Shown here in pieces: positions 1-10,628 of a DNA stretch of 64,000 nucleotides; the stretch's first letter is position 1; each line of letters starts with the position of its first letter. Both the position numbers and the translations under genes were made by a program. The stretch comes from an uncultured Thermodesulfatator sp. (lineage in GTDB: Bacteria; Desulfobacterota; Dissulfuribacteria; Dissulfuribacterales; QOAL01), in assembly GCA_964581255.1 (NCBI GenBank), contig CAZOMT010000010.1, positions 176,156-240,155 on the forward strand, given 5' to 3'. A model generated the notes under the pieces. That model saw nothing but the letters and a program-made list of their open reading frames with translations, did not search any database and was not told the origin of the DNA.

Positions 1-1
1 G

Positions 2-250
2 CTTAAGGAAAACGGGCCATTCGACATAGTGCTCCTGGATTGGTACATGCCCAAGATGGAAGGGTATGACTGCCTTTTGGAGATCAGAAAAAAGACTGAA
101 TGGAATGATACCAAGGTCATGATGGTCACCACAGAGAATCAGCAGCAAAATGTTATCAAAGCGGTCATGGCAGGGGCTAACGAGTATTTGATGAAGCCTT
201 TTACGCCTGAAATGCTCGAAGAAAAGGTGAGAATGGTACTCGGTTTATGA
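2..250 (+). CDS. cheY: CheY-like response-regulator receiver domain, 5'-truncated by the window edge
   Basis: ORF runs off the 5' edge. The translation LLDWYMPKMEGYDCL...VMMVTTE...GANEYLMKPF covers the phospho-acceptor Asp, conserved Thr and Lys-Pro part of a REC domain. Its stop overlaps the cheB start (ATGA at 247-250). Confidence 0.85.
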   Translation, partial: LKENGPFDIVLLDWYMPKMEGYDCLLEIRKKTEWNDTKVMMVTTENQQQNVIKAVMAGANEYLMKPFTPEMLEEKVRMVLGL

Positions 251-1377
251 CAAGGGTTCTGATTGTCGACGATTCAGTTGTTTTCAGAAAGATACTCGGG
301 GAGGCGCTGGGAAAACATCCTGGTATCTCTGTCGTAGGGACTGCTTGCAACGGCAAGGAGGCCGTACGAAAGGCGCGTCTGCTGAAACCAGATCTCATGA
401 TACTGGATGTGGAGATGCCTGAGATGGATGGCCTGGCCACCCTGGATGAATTGAGAAAACAACGGTTGAAGCCAGGGGTGATCATGTTTTCCACCCTGAC
501 TTCCGCTGGGGCCAAAACCACCATAGAAGCCCTTTCCAAAGGGGCGTTTGATTTTGTGCCAAAACCTACTGGCACTGGTGCATTTGCACAAAGTGTCAAA
601 CGCATCCAACAAGAACTCATACCCAAGATAGAGGCCTTTGGACAAAACAGAAATGGCAATCGGAAGATTGCTTCAAATAGAGGCCCGGCTAGACCAATGC
701 CTGCAGCAAAGGCCCGGAGAAGACCTTCTGCATCACTCAGGAATAACCATCAGGTGCAGAGGAACATCAGGAAGTTCGCAGGCAAGGCACTCAACTTTAA
801 GGCAGAGGCTGTGGCCATCGGAGTTTCAACCGGCGGCCCCAATGCCTTGAACCAAGTGATTCCCAGATTTCCCTCAACCTTCAGGCTGCCAGTGTTCTTG
901 GTGCAGCATATGCCACCTGTATTCACCTCTCAATTGGCTTCGAGGCTGAACCAGAAATCCAAGATCAGAGTTGTGGAGGCGCAAGATGGTATGCAAGTAC
1001 GTCCTGGAACGGTCTATGTGGCGCCAGGCGATTATCACATGGAGGTGACCAGGAAAAACAAGGCAAAGATCATCCGTCTTAACCAAGACCCACCAGTAAA
1101 TAGTTGCAGGCCTGCAGTAGATGTCTTGTTCAGGTCGGTGGCAGAAGTTTATGGGGAAAGAGTTGTGGCTGCAGTGCTTACAGGTATGGGTCAAGATGGT
1201 TTTGAGGGCGCAAAGCTTTTGAAGAAGAAGGGTGCCCGTATAATTGCACAGGACAGACAAACCAGTGTGGTGTGGGGCATGCCCAAGTTGATCGTCGAGG
1301 CTGGCATTGCCGACAGGGTCGTACCCCTGGCAGTAGTAACCTCAACGATCATGGAACTTTCGGGACAGAGATATTGA
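247..1377 (+). CDS. cheB: Protein-glutamate methylesterase/glutaminase CheB (REC + methylesterase)
   Basis: N-terminal REC (VLIVDDS...DLMILDVEMPEMDG...KGAFDFVPKP). C-terminal CheB esterase motifs are GVSTGGPNAL, LVQHMPPVFT and TGMGQDG. Lies in a che operon. Confidence 0.9.
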   Translation: MTRVLIVDDSVVFRKILGEALGKHPGISVVGTACNGKEAVRKARLLKPDLMILDVEMPEMDGLATLDELRKQRLKPGVIMFSTLTSAGAKTTIEALSKGAFDFVPKPTGTGAFAQSVKRIQQELIPKIEAFGQNRNGNRKIASNRGPARPMPAAKARRRPSASLRNNHQVQRNIRKFAGKALNFKAEAVAIGVSTGGPNALNQVIPRFPSTFRLPVFLVQHMPPVFTSQLASRLNQKSKIRVVEAQDGMQVRPGTVYVAPGDYHMEVTRKNKAKIIRLNQDPPVNSCRPAVDVLFRSVAEVYGERVVAAVLTGMGQDGFEGAKLLKKKGARIIAQDRQTSVVWGMPKLIVEAGIADRVVPLAVVTSTIMELSGQRY

Positions 1378-1405
1378 ATAGATTTTTAGCGAGGTAACAG
1401 GGACG

Positions 1406-2224
1406 ATGATTAATCCGGAACAGTTCCGGTTCTTTTCGGAAATGGTCAGACAGAATAGCGGTATATCTCTCCAGAAGGGAAAGGAATACCTGCTTGAGAG
1501 CCGGTTAAACGAACTGGCCAGGGTCCTTGGGCTCAAAAACATAGATGAACTGTACAGAAAGATCAAATTTCAGCCCAATCCAAAACTCAAGGAACAGATA
1601 GTTGAGGCCATGACTACCAATGAGACATACTTTTTCAGGGATCAACATCCTTTCGATGCCCTGAAAAATCATGTCATTCCAGAACTCATGCAAGCCAAGA
1701 AGGACGTGAAAAGGTTGAAGTTCTGGAGTGCGGCATGCTCCACTGGCCAGGAACCGTACAGCATAGCCATGATCCTGAGAGAGCATTTTCAGGCATTAAA
1801 CAACTGGCGTGTGGAGATCATCGCCTCTGATATTTCCCAACAGGCCATCAACAAAGGAAAGGAAGGGCGTTTTACTCAGGTCGAGGTGAACAGGGGCCTG
1901 CCTATCCAACTGCTCATCAAATATTTTAAGCAGAACGGTGCCTTCTGGATAGTTGATTCCAAGCTGAAGAACATGATCAGGTTCAAGAAGGTTAATCTCA
2001 TGGGGCCTTTTATAGGGATATCTGGCATTGATGTAATCATGTGCAGATATGTTCTCATATATTTCGACCAGAAGACCAAAAAAGGGATACTTGAAAAGCT
2101 GGTCAAGACCTTAAATCCAGGGGGATATCTCTTCCTTGGCGCCACAGAGACGCCTGTGGGTCTGCCTCCCAGCATGAAGAGGAAGACCTTTGGCAGGGCA
2201 ACCTGTTGGCAGAAGAGCGCATGA
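1406..2224 (+). CDS. cheR: Chemotaxis protein methyltransferase CheR
   Basis: TNETYFFRD motif plus the SAM-binding region FWSAACSTGQEPYSIAM...ASDIS. Operon context. Confidence 0.9.
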   Translation: MINPEQFRFFSEMVRQNSGISLQKGKEYLLESRLNELARVLGLKNIDELYRKIKFQPNPKLKEQIVEAMTTNETYFFRDQHPFDALKNHVIPELMQAKKDVKRLKFWSAACSTGQEPYSIAMILREHFQALNNWRVEIIASDISQQAINKGKEGRFTQVEVNRGLPIQLLIKYFKQNGAFWIVDSKLKNMIRFKKVNLMGPFIGISGIDVIMCRYVLIYFDQKTKKGILEKLVKTLNPGGYLFLGATETPVGLPPSMKRKTFGRATCWQKSA

Positions 2225-2257
2225 TTTTGAAAGTGATCACAAAAAGGAGAAATTGAT

Positions 2258-4969
2258 ATGGGTATGGAAGACGACATTCTAAAAGATTTTTTGGCAGAAT
2301 CCAAAGAAAACCTGGAATTACTGGACCAGCAATTTGTGGAGTTGGAACAGGAGCCAGACAACGAAGAGCTTATCAAAAGCATATTCAGGACCATTCATAC
2401 CATAAAAGGCACTTCTGGTTTCTTCGGCTTCACCACTCTTGAGGGAATAGCCCACTTTGCCGAGGATATCCTGTCGAAATTGCGAGATGGTATTGTACAG
2501 GTAAACGAAGAGATCACTACAATTCTGCTTCAGTCAGTTGATTATATCAAGGCCATACTGGCTGAACTAGAAAACACAGGGCAGGAACCTGTTGATACCG
2601 AGTATCTCGATTTCATAGTTGATCTGCGTAATTTCTCTGAAAAGATCGCAAAGAACGCACCAGCAGATACAGAAGAAGCCAACGAGCAGCAAGCCCCTAA
2701 AGAGGGGGAAGAGACCGAGGAAGCCGAGGCCAAGGAAGAGGTTCAGGAAAAGGCTGAGAAAGACCAAGAAGAAGCACCATCAGAACCTCGAAAGGAAGAA
2801 AAGGCTGCTCAAGCCTCTGAAAAGGAAAAGGCACCAGCTGCCGAGAAGAAAAAACAGCCAAAATCCAAACCAGCTGCCAAGAAGCGGGTTGCTCAGCCGC
2901 CTTCCGCGCATCTTGCCGAAACACATGTGAGGATAGATGTACATCTTCTGGATCAACTGATGACCCTTGCTGGCGAATTAGTCCTTTCGAGGAACAGGAT
3001 GACGCAGTTGGCCAGTAAGCTCAATGATCCCGATTTTGTTACTGCCAACCAGCGAATGAGCCTGGTGGTTACCGAACTGCAGGAACAGATAATGAAGACC
3101 AGGATGCAGCCTATAGGGAATGTCTTCAACAAATTTCCTAGGATAGTGAGGGATCTTGCAAAAACAGCGGAAAAAAAGGTCCAGTTGAAGATTGTAGGTG
3201 CAGAAACGGAACTGGATCGTTCCATCATAGAGAGCATCAAAGACCCATTGACCCATATGGTCAGAAACTCCATAGATCATGGTATAGAGCCTCCAGACAT
3301 CCGTGTCCAGAAAGACAAGCCCCCAGTCGGCAGCCTCACCATGAAGGCATACCACGAAGGAGGTCAGGTAATAATTGAGATCACAGACGACGGTGCTGGG
3401 ATAGATCCTGACAAGCTTCGCGCAAAGGCCGTGGAAAAGGGTATTATTACAGAAGAACAGGCCAGGAGCTTGAGTAACCGCGAGGCACTCATGCTCATAT
3501 TCCAGCCTGGTTTCTCTACTGCGGAAAAGGTCACCAATATTTCTGGCAGGGGTGTTGGCATGGACGTTGTCAAGACCAATATAGAGAAACTCGGAGGCAC
3601 TGTTGAGCTCGAAAGCGAAATAGGCACTGGCACCACAGTCAAGATCAAGATACCCCTCACCCTGGCCATCATACCTGCCCTCATAGTTACTAGTGCAGGA
3701 CAGCGTTACGCGATTCCACAGGTCAACCTGGTCGAACTTGTACATCTCAATCCCCAGGCCTCCAAAAAGGACGTTCAGATTATAGGAAATTCTGAATTTT
3801 ACCGTTTGAGGGGTGAGATTTTGCCGTTAATCAGGCTCAGAAAGGCACTATCTGTGCCTGAGGATGAAGAAAGCCAAGAGGAAACAGACACAGGCATGAA
3901 TATAGTGGTGTTGAATGCAGGCGGTAGGCTCTTTGGCCTGGTGGTTGATGCCATTAGCGATTCAGAGGAAATCGTTGTCAAACCCCTTGGCAGCCATCTC
4001 AAGAACATACCTGTCTTTGCTGGCACCACCCTTATGGGGGATGGGCGTGTTGCGCTTATTCTCGACATAGTCGGCATCACCTCTTCTATTGCAAGCTCTG
4101 GAGATGATTCCATGAAACAGGCCGCATCCATTTCAGGTACAGGAATGGAGGATGAGCACCAGTTTCTCCTTCTGTGTTCTGTTGATCCGCAGGAATTTTT
4201 CGCACTGCCCCTGGCCTTGGTCAACAGGTTGGACAAGATCAAGGCTTCTGACCTCGAATACGTGGGTGGCAAGGAGGTCATTCAATACAGAGGCCACTCC
4301 ATGCCAGTGATCCGCCTGGAAAACTACCTGTCTGTATCACCTCTGCCAGAACAGGATGAATATCATCTCATCGTGTTCCATATGAACAACAAGGATATCG
4401 CATTCCTGGTCTCTCAGATAGAAGACAGCCTGGATCTTGCCATTGATGTGGAAGAAGGGATCTTCAAGCAGGAAGGCATATTAGGTTCCGCCATAGTCAA
4501 GGACAGGACCACCCTGTTTTTGGATGTATATCAGATCATCAACATGCATGACCCAGAATTCTTCATGACGGAAGATCTCCATGCCGAGGAACCTGCGCGG
4601 ATCCTTCTGGCGGAAGATTCCACATTCTATAGAAACATGCTCACTTCATACCTGACTGCTGCTGGTTATGAGGTTATAGAGGCAGAGGATGGCCTAAAAG
4701 GCTGGCAGCTCTTCCAGTCAGAGCCAGTCGATCTTGTGATCACAGATATAGAGATGCCTCACATGGACGGCCTGGAATTCACCAGAAAGATCAGGAGCCA
4801 GAACAGCGACATCCCGATAATCGCTGTCACATCACTTTCAGGCGAGGAAAACAGGCAGAAGGGTGCAGAGGCTGGAATAAGTGATTACCAGGCCAAGCTC
4901 GATAGGGATCAAGTGCTTCAGGCGGTAAGCAGGCTCCTTAGTGAAAGGTCCCTGGAAAATGCAGCTTGA
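2258..4969 (+). CDS. cheA: Hybrid chemotaxis histidine kinase CheA (Hpt - low-complexity linker - dimerisation/HATPase - CheW-like - C-terminal REC)
   Basis: Hpt site RTIHTIKGTSG. HATPase boxes HMVRNSIDHGIE, DDGAGID and GRGVGMDVV. CheW-like region follows. Terminal receiver is ILLAEDS...DLVITDIEMPHMDG. An E/K/A/P-rich linker is encoded at about 2650-2900. Confidence 0.9.
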   Translation: MGMEDDILKDFLAESKENLELLDQQFVELEQEPDNEELIKSIFRTIHTIKGTSGFFGFTTLEGIAHFAEDILSKLRDGIVQVNEEITTILLQSVDYIKAILAELENTGQEPVDTEYLDFIVDLRNFSEKIAKNAPADTEEANEQQAPKEGEETEEAEAKEEVQEKAEKDQEEAPSEPRKEEKAAQASEKEKAPAAEKKKQPKSKPAAKKRVAQPPSAHLAETHVRIDVHLLDQLMTLAGELVLSRNRMTQLASKLNDPDFVTANQRMSLVVTELQEQIMKTRMQPIGNVFNKFPRIVRDLAKTAEKKVQLKIVGAETELDRSIIESIKDPLTHMVRNSIDHGIEPPDIRVQKDKPPVGSLTMKAYHEGGQVIIEITDDGAGIDPDKLRAKAVEKGIITEEQARSLSNREALMLIFQPGFSTAEKVTNISGRGVGMDVVKTNIEKLGGTVELESEIGTGTTVKIKIPLTLAIIPALIVTSAGQRYAIPQVNLVELVHLNPQASKKDVQIIGNSEFYRLRGEILPLIRLRKALSVPEDEESQEETDTGMNIVVLNAGGRLFGLVVDAISDSEEIVVKPLGSHLKNIPVFAGTTLMGDGRVALILDIVGITSSIASSGDDSMKQAASISGTGMEDEHQFLLLCSVDPQEFFALPLALVNRLDKIKASDLEYVGGKEVIQYRGHSMPVIRLENYLSVSPLPEQDEYHLIVFHMNNKDIAFLVSQIEDSLDLAIDVEEGIFKQEGILGSAIVKDRTTLFLDVYQIINMHDPEFFMTEDLHAEEPARILLAEDSTFYRNMLTSYLTAAGYEVIEAEDGLKGWQLFQSEPVDLVITDIEMPHMDGLEFTRKIRSQNSDIPIIAVTSLSGEENRQKGAEAGISDYQAKLDRDQVLQAVSRLLSERSLENAA

Positions 4970-4996
4970 TGAATCTCATGACAGGAGAAAAGGACA

Positions 4997-5521
4997 ATGA
5001 ATAAAACAGGAGAAAACAATCTGCCATCTGTTTCCGAAAATTCCAAGGTGACTGACATAAGGGTTGGCGAGACAAAACAGTTTGTCACATTCTATTTTGG
5101 CAGGCATTTCTTTGGCCTTCCCATAGACGAAGTGATAGAGATAAATAAGGCCTTAGACATCACACCTGTCCCTCTAGCCCCCAGTTATGTTTCAGGGGTC
5201 ATAAACCTCAGGGGCCAGATACTCACTGCCATAAATCTGGCTGCCAGGATTGGGCTCATATCCCAAAGGGACAGCAATGAAGAGGGACACCTTAACAACG
5301 TGATAATGGGGAATCGGGAAGAGCCAGTGAGTCTTCTTGTGGAAAGGATTGGCGATGTCATGTCGATTCCAGTGGAAAAGATCGAATCAGTGCCTGACAT
5401 GATCCATGGAATAGACATAAAATATGTGAATCAGGTCTGTAAGCTCAAGGATCAGCTCCTTATTATACTCAACAGCCAAGCATTGGAGGAGGCTGGTTCC
5501 TCTGGGAACGGGCCCAATTGA
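4997..5521 (+). CDS. cheW: Chemotaxis coupling protein CheW
   Basis: 174-aa single CheW-like domain (FVTFYFGRHFFGLPIDEVIEI...VSGVINLRGQILTAINL). Operon context. Confidence 0.85.
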   Translation: MNKTGENNLPSVSENSKVTDIRVGETKQFVTFYFGRHFFGLPIDEVIEINKALDITPVPLAPSYVSGVINLRGQILTAINLAARIGLISQRDSNEEGHLNNVIMGNREEPVSLLVERIGDVMSIPVEKIESVPDMIHGIDIKYVNQVCKLKDQLLIILNSQALEEAGSSGNGPN

Positions 5522-5597
5522 CGGCCAGAGGGGAAGCTGGCCGATTGGTGAGTTGTATTTCCTGAGCTAGGCCCTTGGAACCGTCTCACTAGGCCCT

Positions 5598-6626
5598 ATG
5601 AACTTCAAAGACAAGGACCCGTATACCCTGCTTCAAATCTCAAAGGATGCGGGTCCATCTGAGATTAAGAGGGCTTACCGTAGATTGGTCAGAAGGCTTC
5701 ATCCTGACGTTTGCGGGATGAGCATGGCCAATATCAAGAGATTTCTGGATATAAAAGATGCCTATTCTTACCTGATCCAAAAGCATTCCACTCCATCAGC
5801 ATCGTGTGCCGAATCGGGCAGAAAGATTGATGATGACAAAAACCACCTCAAAGATGGCCTGTTTATCTTCAAGACCCTTTCTCTCAAGGAGGCCCTTCAC
5901 GGGACTAAACTTTCCCTGAACATCACGAAACGGGAAGACTTTTGCCCTAGATGCAGAGGACTCGGCAAGTTTCCGGCTCACACCAAGGGCTCCTGCAGCA
6001 AATGTTCAGGCAACGGGTACGTATTCATACCTTGGGCAGGAGAGAGGCTCAAGGTGGTCTGTTCGAGGTGCAGTGGAACAGGGGCCAGGGGGCTTGAGAC
6101 ATGTCCTGTGTGCAAAGGGCGTGGGAAGGTGTTTAAAGAACAGGTGGTGACTGTTTCTATTCCAGGAGGCGTTAAAGATGGTCAGACCATAAGATTTCCT
6201 GGGGCAGGACCCATTGACCCTGCCACCAAGAAGCGCACCCCCCTTTTTGTCACAATAGAGGTCAAGCTGCCAGAGGGTTGGCAGATTCGTGAAAGAGATA
6301 TCGTCTCTGTTCTCGAAGTAGATTGCTGGACATGTCTTGGGGGCGGCAATGTCTGTGTGAAGACCATGGACGGTGAGACGACCGTCTGGATAAGGCCAGG
6401 CACAGTGCATGGAGATACAGTCGTTCTACCAGGATGCGGTTGGATTGGTGAAGATGGATCACGTGGGGATCATATCTGCAAAATCAAGGTAAAAAGTCCC
6501 GTAGGGCCCTGCCCTCCCCTGGCAAAGACATATTTAAACATCCTAAAATCACTATGGCCTGCAAAGGGTTTTGAATACAAGAGCCTTGCGGACGATCGTA
6601 AAAAACGTGATGATCGATTCAAGTGA
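5598..6626 (+). CDS. DnaJ-like protein: J domain plus four CxxCxGxG zinc-finger repeats plus DnaJ C-terminal-like region, without a G/F-rich segment
   Basis: J domain with HPD (YRRLVRRLHPDV). Zinc-finger repeats are CPRCRGLG, CSKCSGNG, CSRCSGTG and CPVCKGRG. Confidence 0.7.
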   Translation: MNFKDKDPYTLLQISKDAGPSEIKRAYRRLVRRLHPDVCGMSMANIKRFLDIKDAYSYLIQKHSTPSASCAESGRKIDDDKNHLKDGLFIFKTLSLKEALHGTKLSLNITKREDFCPRCRGLGKFPAHTKGSCSKCSGNGYVFIPWAGERLKVVCSRCSGTGARGLETCPVCKGRGKVFKEQVVTVSIPGGVKDGQTIRFPGAGPIDPATKKRTPLFVTIEVKLPEGWQIRERDIVSVLEVDCWTCLGGGNVCVKTMDGETTVWIRPGTVHGDTVVLPGCGWIGEDGSRGDHICKIKVKSPVGPCPPLAKTYLNILKSLWPAKGFEYKSLADDRKKRDDRFK

Positions 6627-6748
6627 AAAAAATAATATATCGACGTCAACTATAGAAATATTTTGGGAAAATCATGTAGTTACCGATAAAGAGTTCTAAA
6701 AGGGGCTGTTTTTTGAAAACCCGGAAATTTATTAGGAGGGCCTAGGAG

Positions 6749-9070
6749 TTGATCAAGAAAGCGTTGAAAAGGTTTACAGATACTACTTTGATATTTCGTA
6801 TACTCGTTGGAATAAGTTTCATCGTTTTTGCCCTTACTGCCTTACAGATAATCATCTTGAAGTCTTCTGCCTCGTCTGAGAAAGATAAGATTGTCCAGCA
6901 GGCACTTGCCAACAAAGACGCACTTATCAGGGAGGCGGACCTTATTGCAGACAGAAACATGGAACTAGCGTACCTGTTTGCCAGTATGGACAAGGTAAAG
7001 GCGGCGATGGCATCAGGAGACAGGCAACTACTCTTGTCCACTGTCAAGCCAGTAGTGGACAGGTTGAATCAGGGCAGGGACATAGCCATGAAGGTACATT
7101 TTCATGTGCCGCCTGGCAGATCCTTTTTGAGGGTTTGGAAACCCAAGAAAAATGGAGACGATATATCTGGCTTCAGAAAGACAGTGGTAGATGTGCTTAC
7201 GAGTGGAAAAGCTGTTAAAGGCATTGAGGCAGGCAGGGTGGGCCTTGCCATAAGGGGAGTTGCCCCAATCTATGTTGAAGGGAGCCAGAAGCCAGTAGGA
7301 AGTGTTGAGGTAGCCACAAGCCTGTCTGCAGTAGCAAAGGGCGTCCAAAAATCCATCCATGGAAAGATACAGCTCTTTGCATTACAAAAAGTAAAGGCTA
7401 CTGCCGCGAGCTCCAAACTTCAACATCTTGGGCGGTTTACCATACTTACAAGTAATCCTCTGGACAAGATGGTATTGGATGACGCCTTTCTGGAAGAGGC
7501 CTTTTCCAAGGGCCAAGCGGTTAAGGACCTTGGAAATCTACTGGTTGCTGCAGTCAAGATCCCCGACTACAACGATGTGCCCACAGGTGTTTGTGTACAG
7601 TACATTGATCTGACAGCCCTACAAAAACAAGTGGAGTCACAGGTCATCCAGTCGAGCGGCATAGCTGTGCTGGCAGGACTTATTGCCATAGTGATCACTA
7701 TATTTGGCCTGAAGATGAATCTTCAGCGCCCACTTTACAACACAGTCGCTGCCTTGGAAAAGGCCACACATGGTGATCTCACCAAGTATGTGGAGCCCCA
7801 AGGCGCCTTTGAGATCAAAAACATAGGGAAAATGGCAAATAATGTCATATATACTACTGGACATCTGTTAAATCTCTTGAAAAAACAATCTAAGGGATTG
7901 AAGGACACCACAAAGGAGTTGAGTGCAGCCACTGATATTGTCAAGGAAGGCTCAAATGATATAGACAAGGCTGCAAAGGAGGTAGCTGATTCCTCCTCTG
8001 AGGCTTCGGCTACCCTTGAAAACGTAGCCAACTCCACCCAGGAGTTGGCAGATGCAACAAACGAGATAGCTCAAAACGTTTCGGATACAGCCCGTGCAAC
8101 CAACGAGGCAAAGGAAAAGGCACAATACACCAATGAGGTCATACAGGAACTTGGTGAAAACTCTGAAAAGATAGGCGGCATCATCCAGGTGATCAATTCT
8201 ATAGCCGAACAGACGAATCTCCTGGCACTCAATGCCACCATAGAAGCTGCAAGGGCCGGGGATGCAGGTAAGGGCTTTGCAGTGGTGGCAAACGAGGTAA
8301 AAGAACTTGCAAAACAGACCTCAGAGGCCACAGAGGAGATCACCAGAATGATTCAGATCATTCAAAAAGGCACATCCGATGCCGTGACATCGGTTCAGGA
8401 AATAACTACCAGCGTGTCTGAAGTGAATGATTTTGCAAATACCATTGCAAGTGCTGCTGAGGAACAGACGGCAACCGTATCCGAGATCAATGAAAGTGTC
8501 TCCTTTGGAGCAAAAAAGGTCAAGACCCTTGAAAGACAGGCTCACAACCTGGCAGACCAGGCCCAGGATTTCTCACATATTGCCACGACCATTGAAACGG
8601 TTCAGAACATAACCGTGGCATTTTCCAACCAGCTATCTGATGTCACCGACCTTTACAAGGTGGACTACGATGTACTGCATGAGGTCTCAAAATATGCCAC
8701 CCCAAAGGTTCAACTTACAGGCAGTATGCTGGGCCAGTTTGCCTGGCTGGAAAGTATAAGACTTGCCATCATGGAAGACCGTATCCCAGATATCAAATAC
8801 GACCCTGGCCACTGTTTTATTGGGAAATGGATAAACAAGTACATGAATGACAACGCCGTGCCTTCAGGCATGATGGAGGAGCTGAATTCTGCCCACCTGA
8901 AGCTCCACGAACAAGCTGGATTGCTAAAGGAGATGACAGAAAAGGCAGCACCCAGGGAAGAGAGGCTGAAGTTTTATATGGATGAGATCCAGCCTCAGTT
9001 TATGACAATGCTTCATATGATAAGGACGCTCTTAGACAGGATAGACGATGAGAAGTTTCTAAAGGCATAG
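6749..9070 (+). CDS. Methyl-accepting chemotaxis protein with periplasmic Cache-type sensor, HAMP, MA signalling domain and a C-terminal CZB-like (zinc-binding) domain
   Basis: TTG start preceded by AGGAGG. TM helix, then the Cache-like block [15 protein letters not shown]...GDDISGFR. Second TM plus HAMP. MA core is [38 protein letters not shown]-terminal CFIGKW...21 aa...HLKLH fits the CZB pattern Cx[ILV]Gx[W]-x18-27-HxxxH. Confidence 0.9.
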   Translation: MIKKALKRFTDTTLIFRILVGISFIVFALTALQIIILKSSASSEKDKIVQQALANKDALIREADLIADRNMELAYLFASMDKVKAAMASGDRQLLLSTVKPVVDRLNQGRDIAMKVHFHVPPGRSFLRVWKPKKNGDDISGFRKTVVDVLTSGKAVKGIEAGRVGLAIRGVAPIYVEGSQKPVGSVEVATSLSAVAKGVQKSIHGKIQLFALQKVKATAASSKLQHLGRFTILTSNPLDKMVLDDAFLEEAFSKGQAVKDLGNLLVAAVKIPDYNDVPTGVCVQYIDLTALQKQVESQVIQSSGIAVLAGLIAIVITIFGLKMNLQRPLYNTVAALEKATHGDLTKYVEPQGAFEIKNIGKMANNVIYTTGHLLNLLKKQSKGLKDTTKELSAATDIVKEGSNDIDKAAKEVADSSSEASATLENVANSTQELADATNEIAQNVSDTARATNEAKEKAQYTNEVIQELGENSEKIGGIIQVINSIAEQTNLLALNATIEAARAGDAGKGFAVVANEVKELAKQTSEATEEITRMIQIIQKGTSDAVTSVQEITTSVSEVNDFANTIASAAEEQTATVSEINESVSFGAKKVKTLERQAHNLADQAQDFSHIATTIETVQNITVAFSNQLSDVTDLYKVDYDVLHEVSKYATPKVQLTGSMLGQFAWLESIRLAIMEDRIPDIKYDPGHCFIGKWINKYMNDNAVPSGMMEELNSAHLKLHEQAGLLKEMTEKAAPREERLKFYMDEIQPQFMTMLHMIRTLLDRIDDEKFLKA

Positions 9071-9086
9071 ATCAACAGTGGCTTTG

Positions 9087-9128
9087 AGGCCCTGGCTCCT
9101 GGTATCAAATGGGGCAAGGGCCTTTTTT
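9087..9128 (+). terminator. Rho-independent terminator after the chemoreceptor gene
   Basis: AGGCCCTGGCTCC...GGGGCAAGGGCCT long imperfect stem followed by TTTTTT. Lies 17 nt after the stop. Confidence 0.5.
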
Positions 9129-9138
9129 GAAAAAGATC

Positions 9139-10278
9139 TTATGGTGAAAGTGCAAGCTCCAATTCTTCGCCGCCTATGTCACTTGCAATAAAGGCCTTTC
9201 CAATGCCCTTGGTCAATACAAAATGCAACTTTCCGTCCTGAACCTTCTTGTCCCTTTTCATGTGGCCGATGATGGATTGCCTTTCCATCTCTTTTGGAAT
9301 CACTGTCGGGAGCTTGAACTGCTCAAGAAGCCCTTTCAGCCTGGATAATTCTTCATGTGCCATGAGTCCTCTTGCCACAGAAATCTTCGATATCGCAACC
9401 ATCCCTATGGCCACCGCTTCTCCATGCGGTATGCTGTAACCTGATACTGCCTCTACGGCATGGCCAATGGTGTGGCCGAAGTTCAAAATCCTTCTAAGCC
9501 CCCCTTCTTTTTCGTCCCTTGAGACAACATCCGCCTTTATTTCACAGGAACGCTTCACGAGATAACTTGTGGCTTCAGGTTCAAGATTTACTACATCCCA
9601 CCATTTTTCCTCTAGAAACTTGAATAGAGAATAATCCATTATCATGCCATACTTGACTATTTCCGCTATACCATTTCTGAGTTCCCGGGCTGGCAGAGTT
9701 GTCAATACGCCTATGTCAGCGAACACAGCAAGGGGTTGGGCAAAGGTGCCTATCAGGTTTTTACCTTCTGGGAGATCCACACCTGTCTTTCCTCCAACAG
9801 AGCTATCAACTTGTGCCAACAGGCTTGTAGGAAGCTGGATGAAGGGGATGCCACGCATGTAAATAGATGCCAAAAAGCCACAGATATCACCTGTGACCCC
9901 GCCTCCCAAGGCCAGTAGAACTGATTTTCTATCTGCCCCAAAACCTATAAGTTTCCTGGCCAGGTCTATGACCGTGTCCATATTCTTCGACTCTTCACCT
10001 GCTGGGAAAGAGAGCATTTCTACCTGATAACCAGCACCTTTGAGGATTGGCAGTAGATCCTGCCCAAGGAGATCCTCGACATTGGAGTCTGTTACTACAA
10101 AAAGCCTGTTTTTTATGCCGAGCCTTTGAAGCCTTTGGGGAAGCTCGGTCAAAAGTCCTGGTCCAATGAATATGTCATAGGACCGCTGACCAAGGGGCAC
10201 CTTTACCGTGTTCCAGACATGACTGATATCTTCGGGTCTGCATTTGGAAGTCGTACCAAAACTCGAATTTTTATCCAT
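9139..10278 (-). CDS. aroB: 3-dehydroquinate synthase
   Basis: GGGVTGDICGF nucleotide-binding motif and the metal-ligand region NFGHTIGHAVE. Length 379 aa. AGGAGG RBS. Confidence 0.9.
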   Translation of the reverse strand: MDKNSSFGTTSKCRPEDISHVWNTVKVPLGQRSYDIFIGPGLLTELPQRLQRLGIKNRLFVVTDSNVEDLLGQDLLPILKGAGYQVEMLSFPAGEESKNMDTVIDLARKLIGFGADRKSVLLALGGGVTGDICGFLASIYMRGIPFIQLPTSLLAQVDSSVGGKTGVDLPEGKNLIGTFAQPLAVFADIGVLTTLPARELRNGIAEIVKYGMIMDYSLFKFLEEKWWDVVNLEPEATSYLVKRSCEIKADVVSRDEKEGGLRRILNFGHTIGHAVEAVSGYSIPHGEAVAIGMVAISKISVARGLMAHEELSRLKGLLEQFKLPTVIPKEMERQSIIGHMKRDKKVQDGKLHFVLTKGIGKAFIASDIGGEELELALSP

Positions 10279-10628
10279 GGTTCAAACCTTTCCTCCTGTG
10301 GCACAACAGTTTAGCACAAGGGCCATCCTTATGAAAATATTCCAGGGAGTTCTTTTGTTGAATAAAGCCGTCACACCTCTTAGTCTTATGGTGTCAAATA
10401 GACAACCTTTCACTGTACTTAGATTTTCTTGTCTCTTTCAGATACACTTTTACCGTGAGAACCAATGAAAATTCCGAAGGGGCTAGCTTAAAGGGTGTTA
10501 TCTTCAATTGGTGCAGGATATGGAGAGAAATGAAAAGGAAGATTTTGGGAATAATGTTATCCCAAGAGAATGAAGAGGGAGGTATTATCCTGTAAATGGC
10601 CCAAAATTTACATTGAAGGTCGCAAGTA

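Noticed and set aside
2619-2930. Extremely Lys/Arg-rich 103-aa ORF, with antisense ORFs at 2542-2924.
   Set aside because: Frame artefacts of the GAA/AAG/GCC-rich sequence that encodes the E/K/A/P low-complexity linker of CheA.
10299-10316. TGGCACAACAGTTTAGCA, which resembles a sigma-54 -24 element.
   Set aside because: The GC of the would-be -12 element is not at GG-N10-GC spacing. It also points into a 350-bp region with no plus-strand gene, and it overlaps the aroB RBS region.
10244-10628. Small ORFs (74, 45 and 17 aa) in the aroB/thioredoxin intergenic region, and an AT-rich 7-bp hairpin after the thioredoxin gene.
   Set aside because: They have no RBS and no recognisable sequence features. 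The hairpin lacks a U-tract and is too weak to call a terminator.
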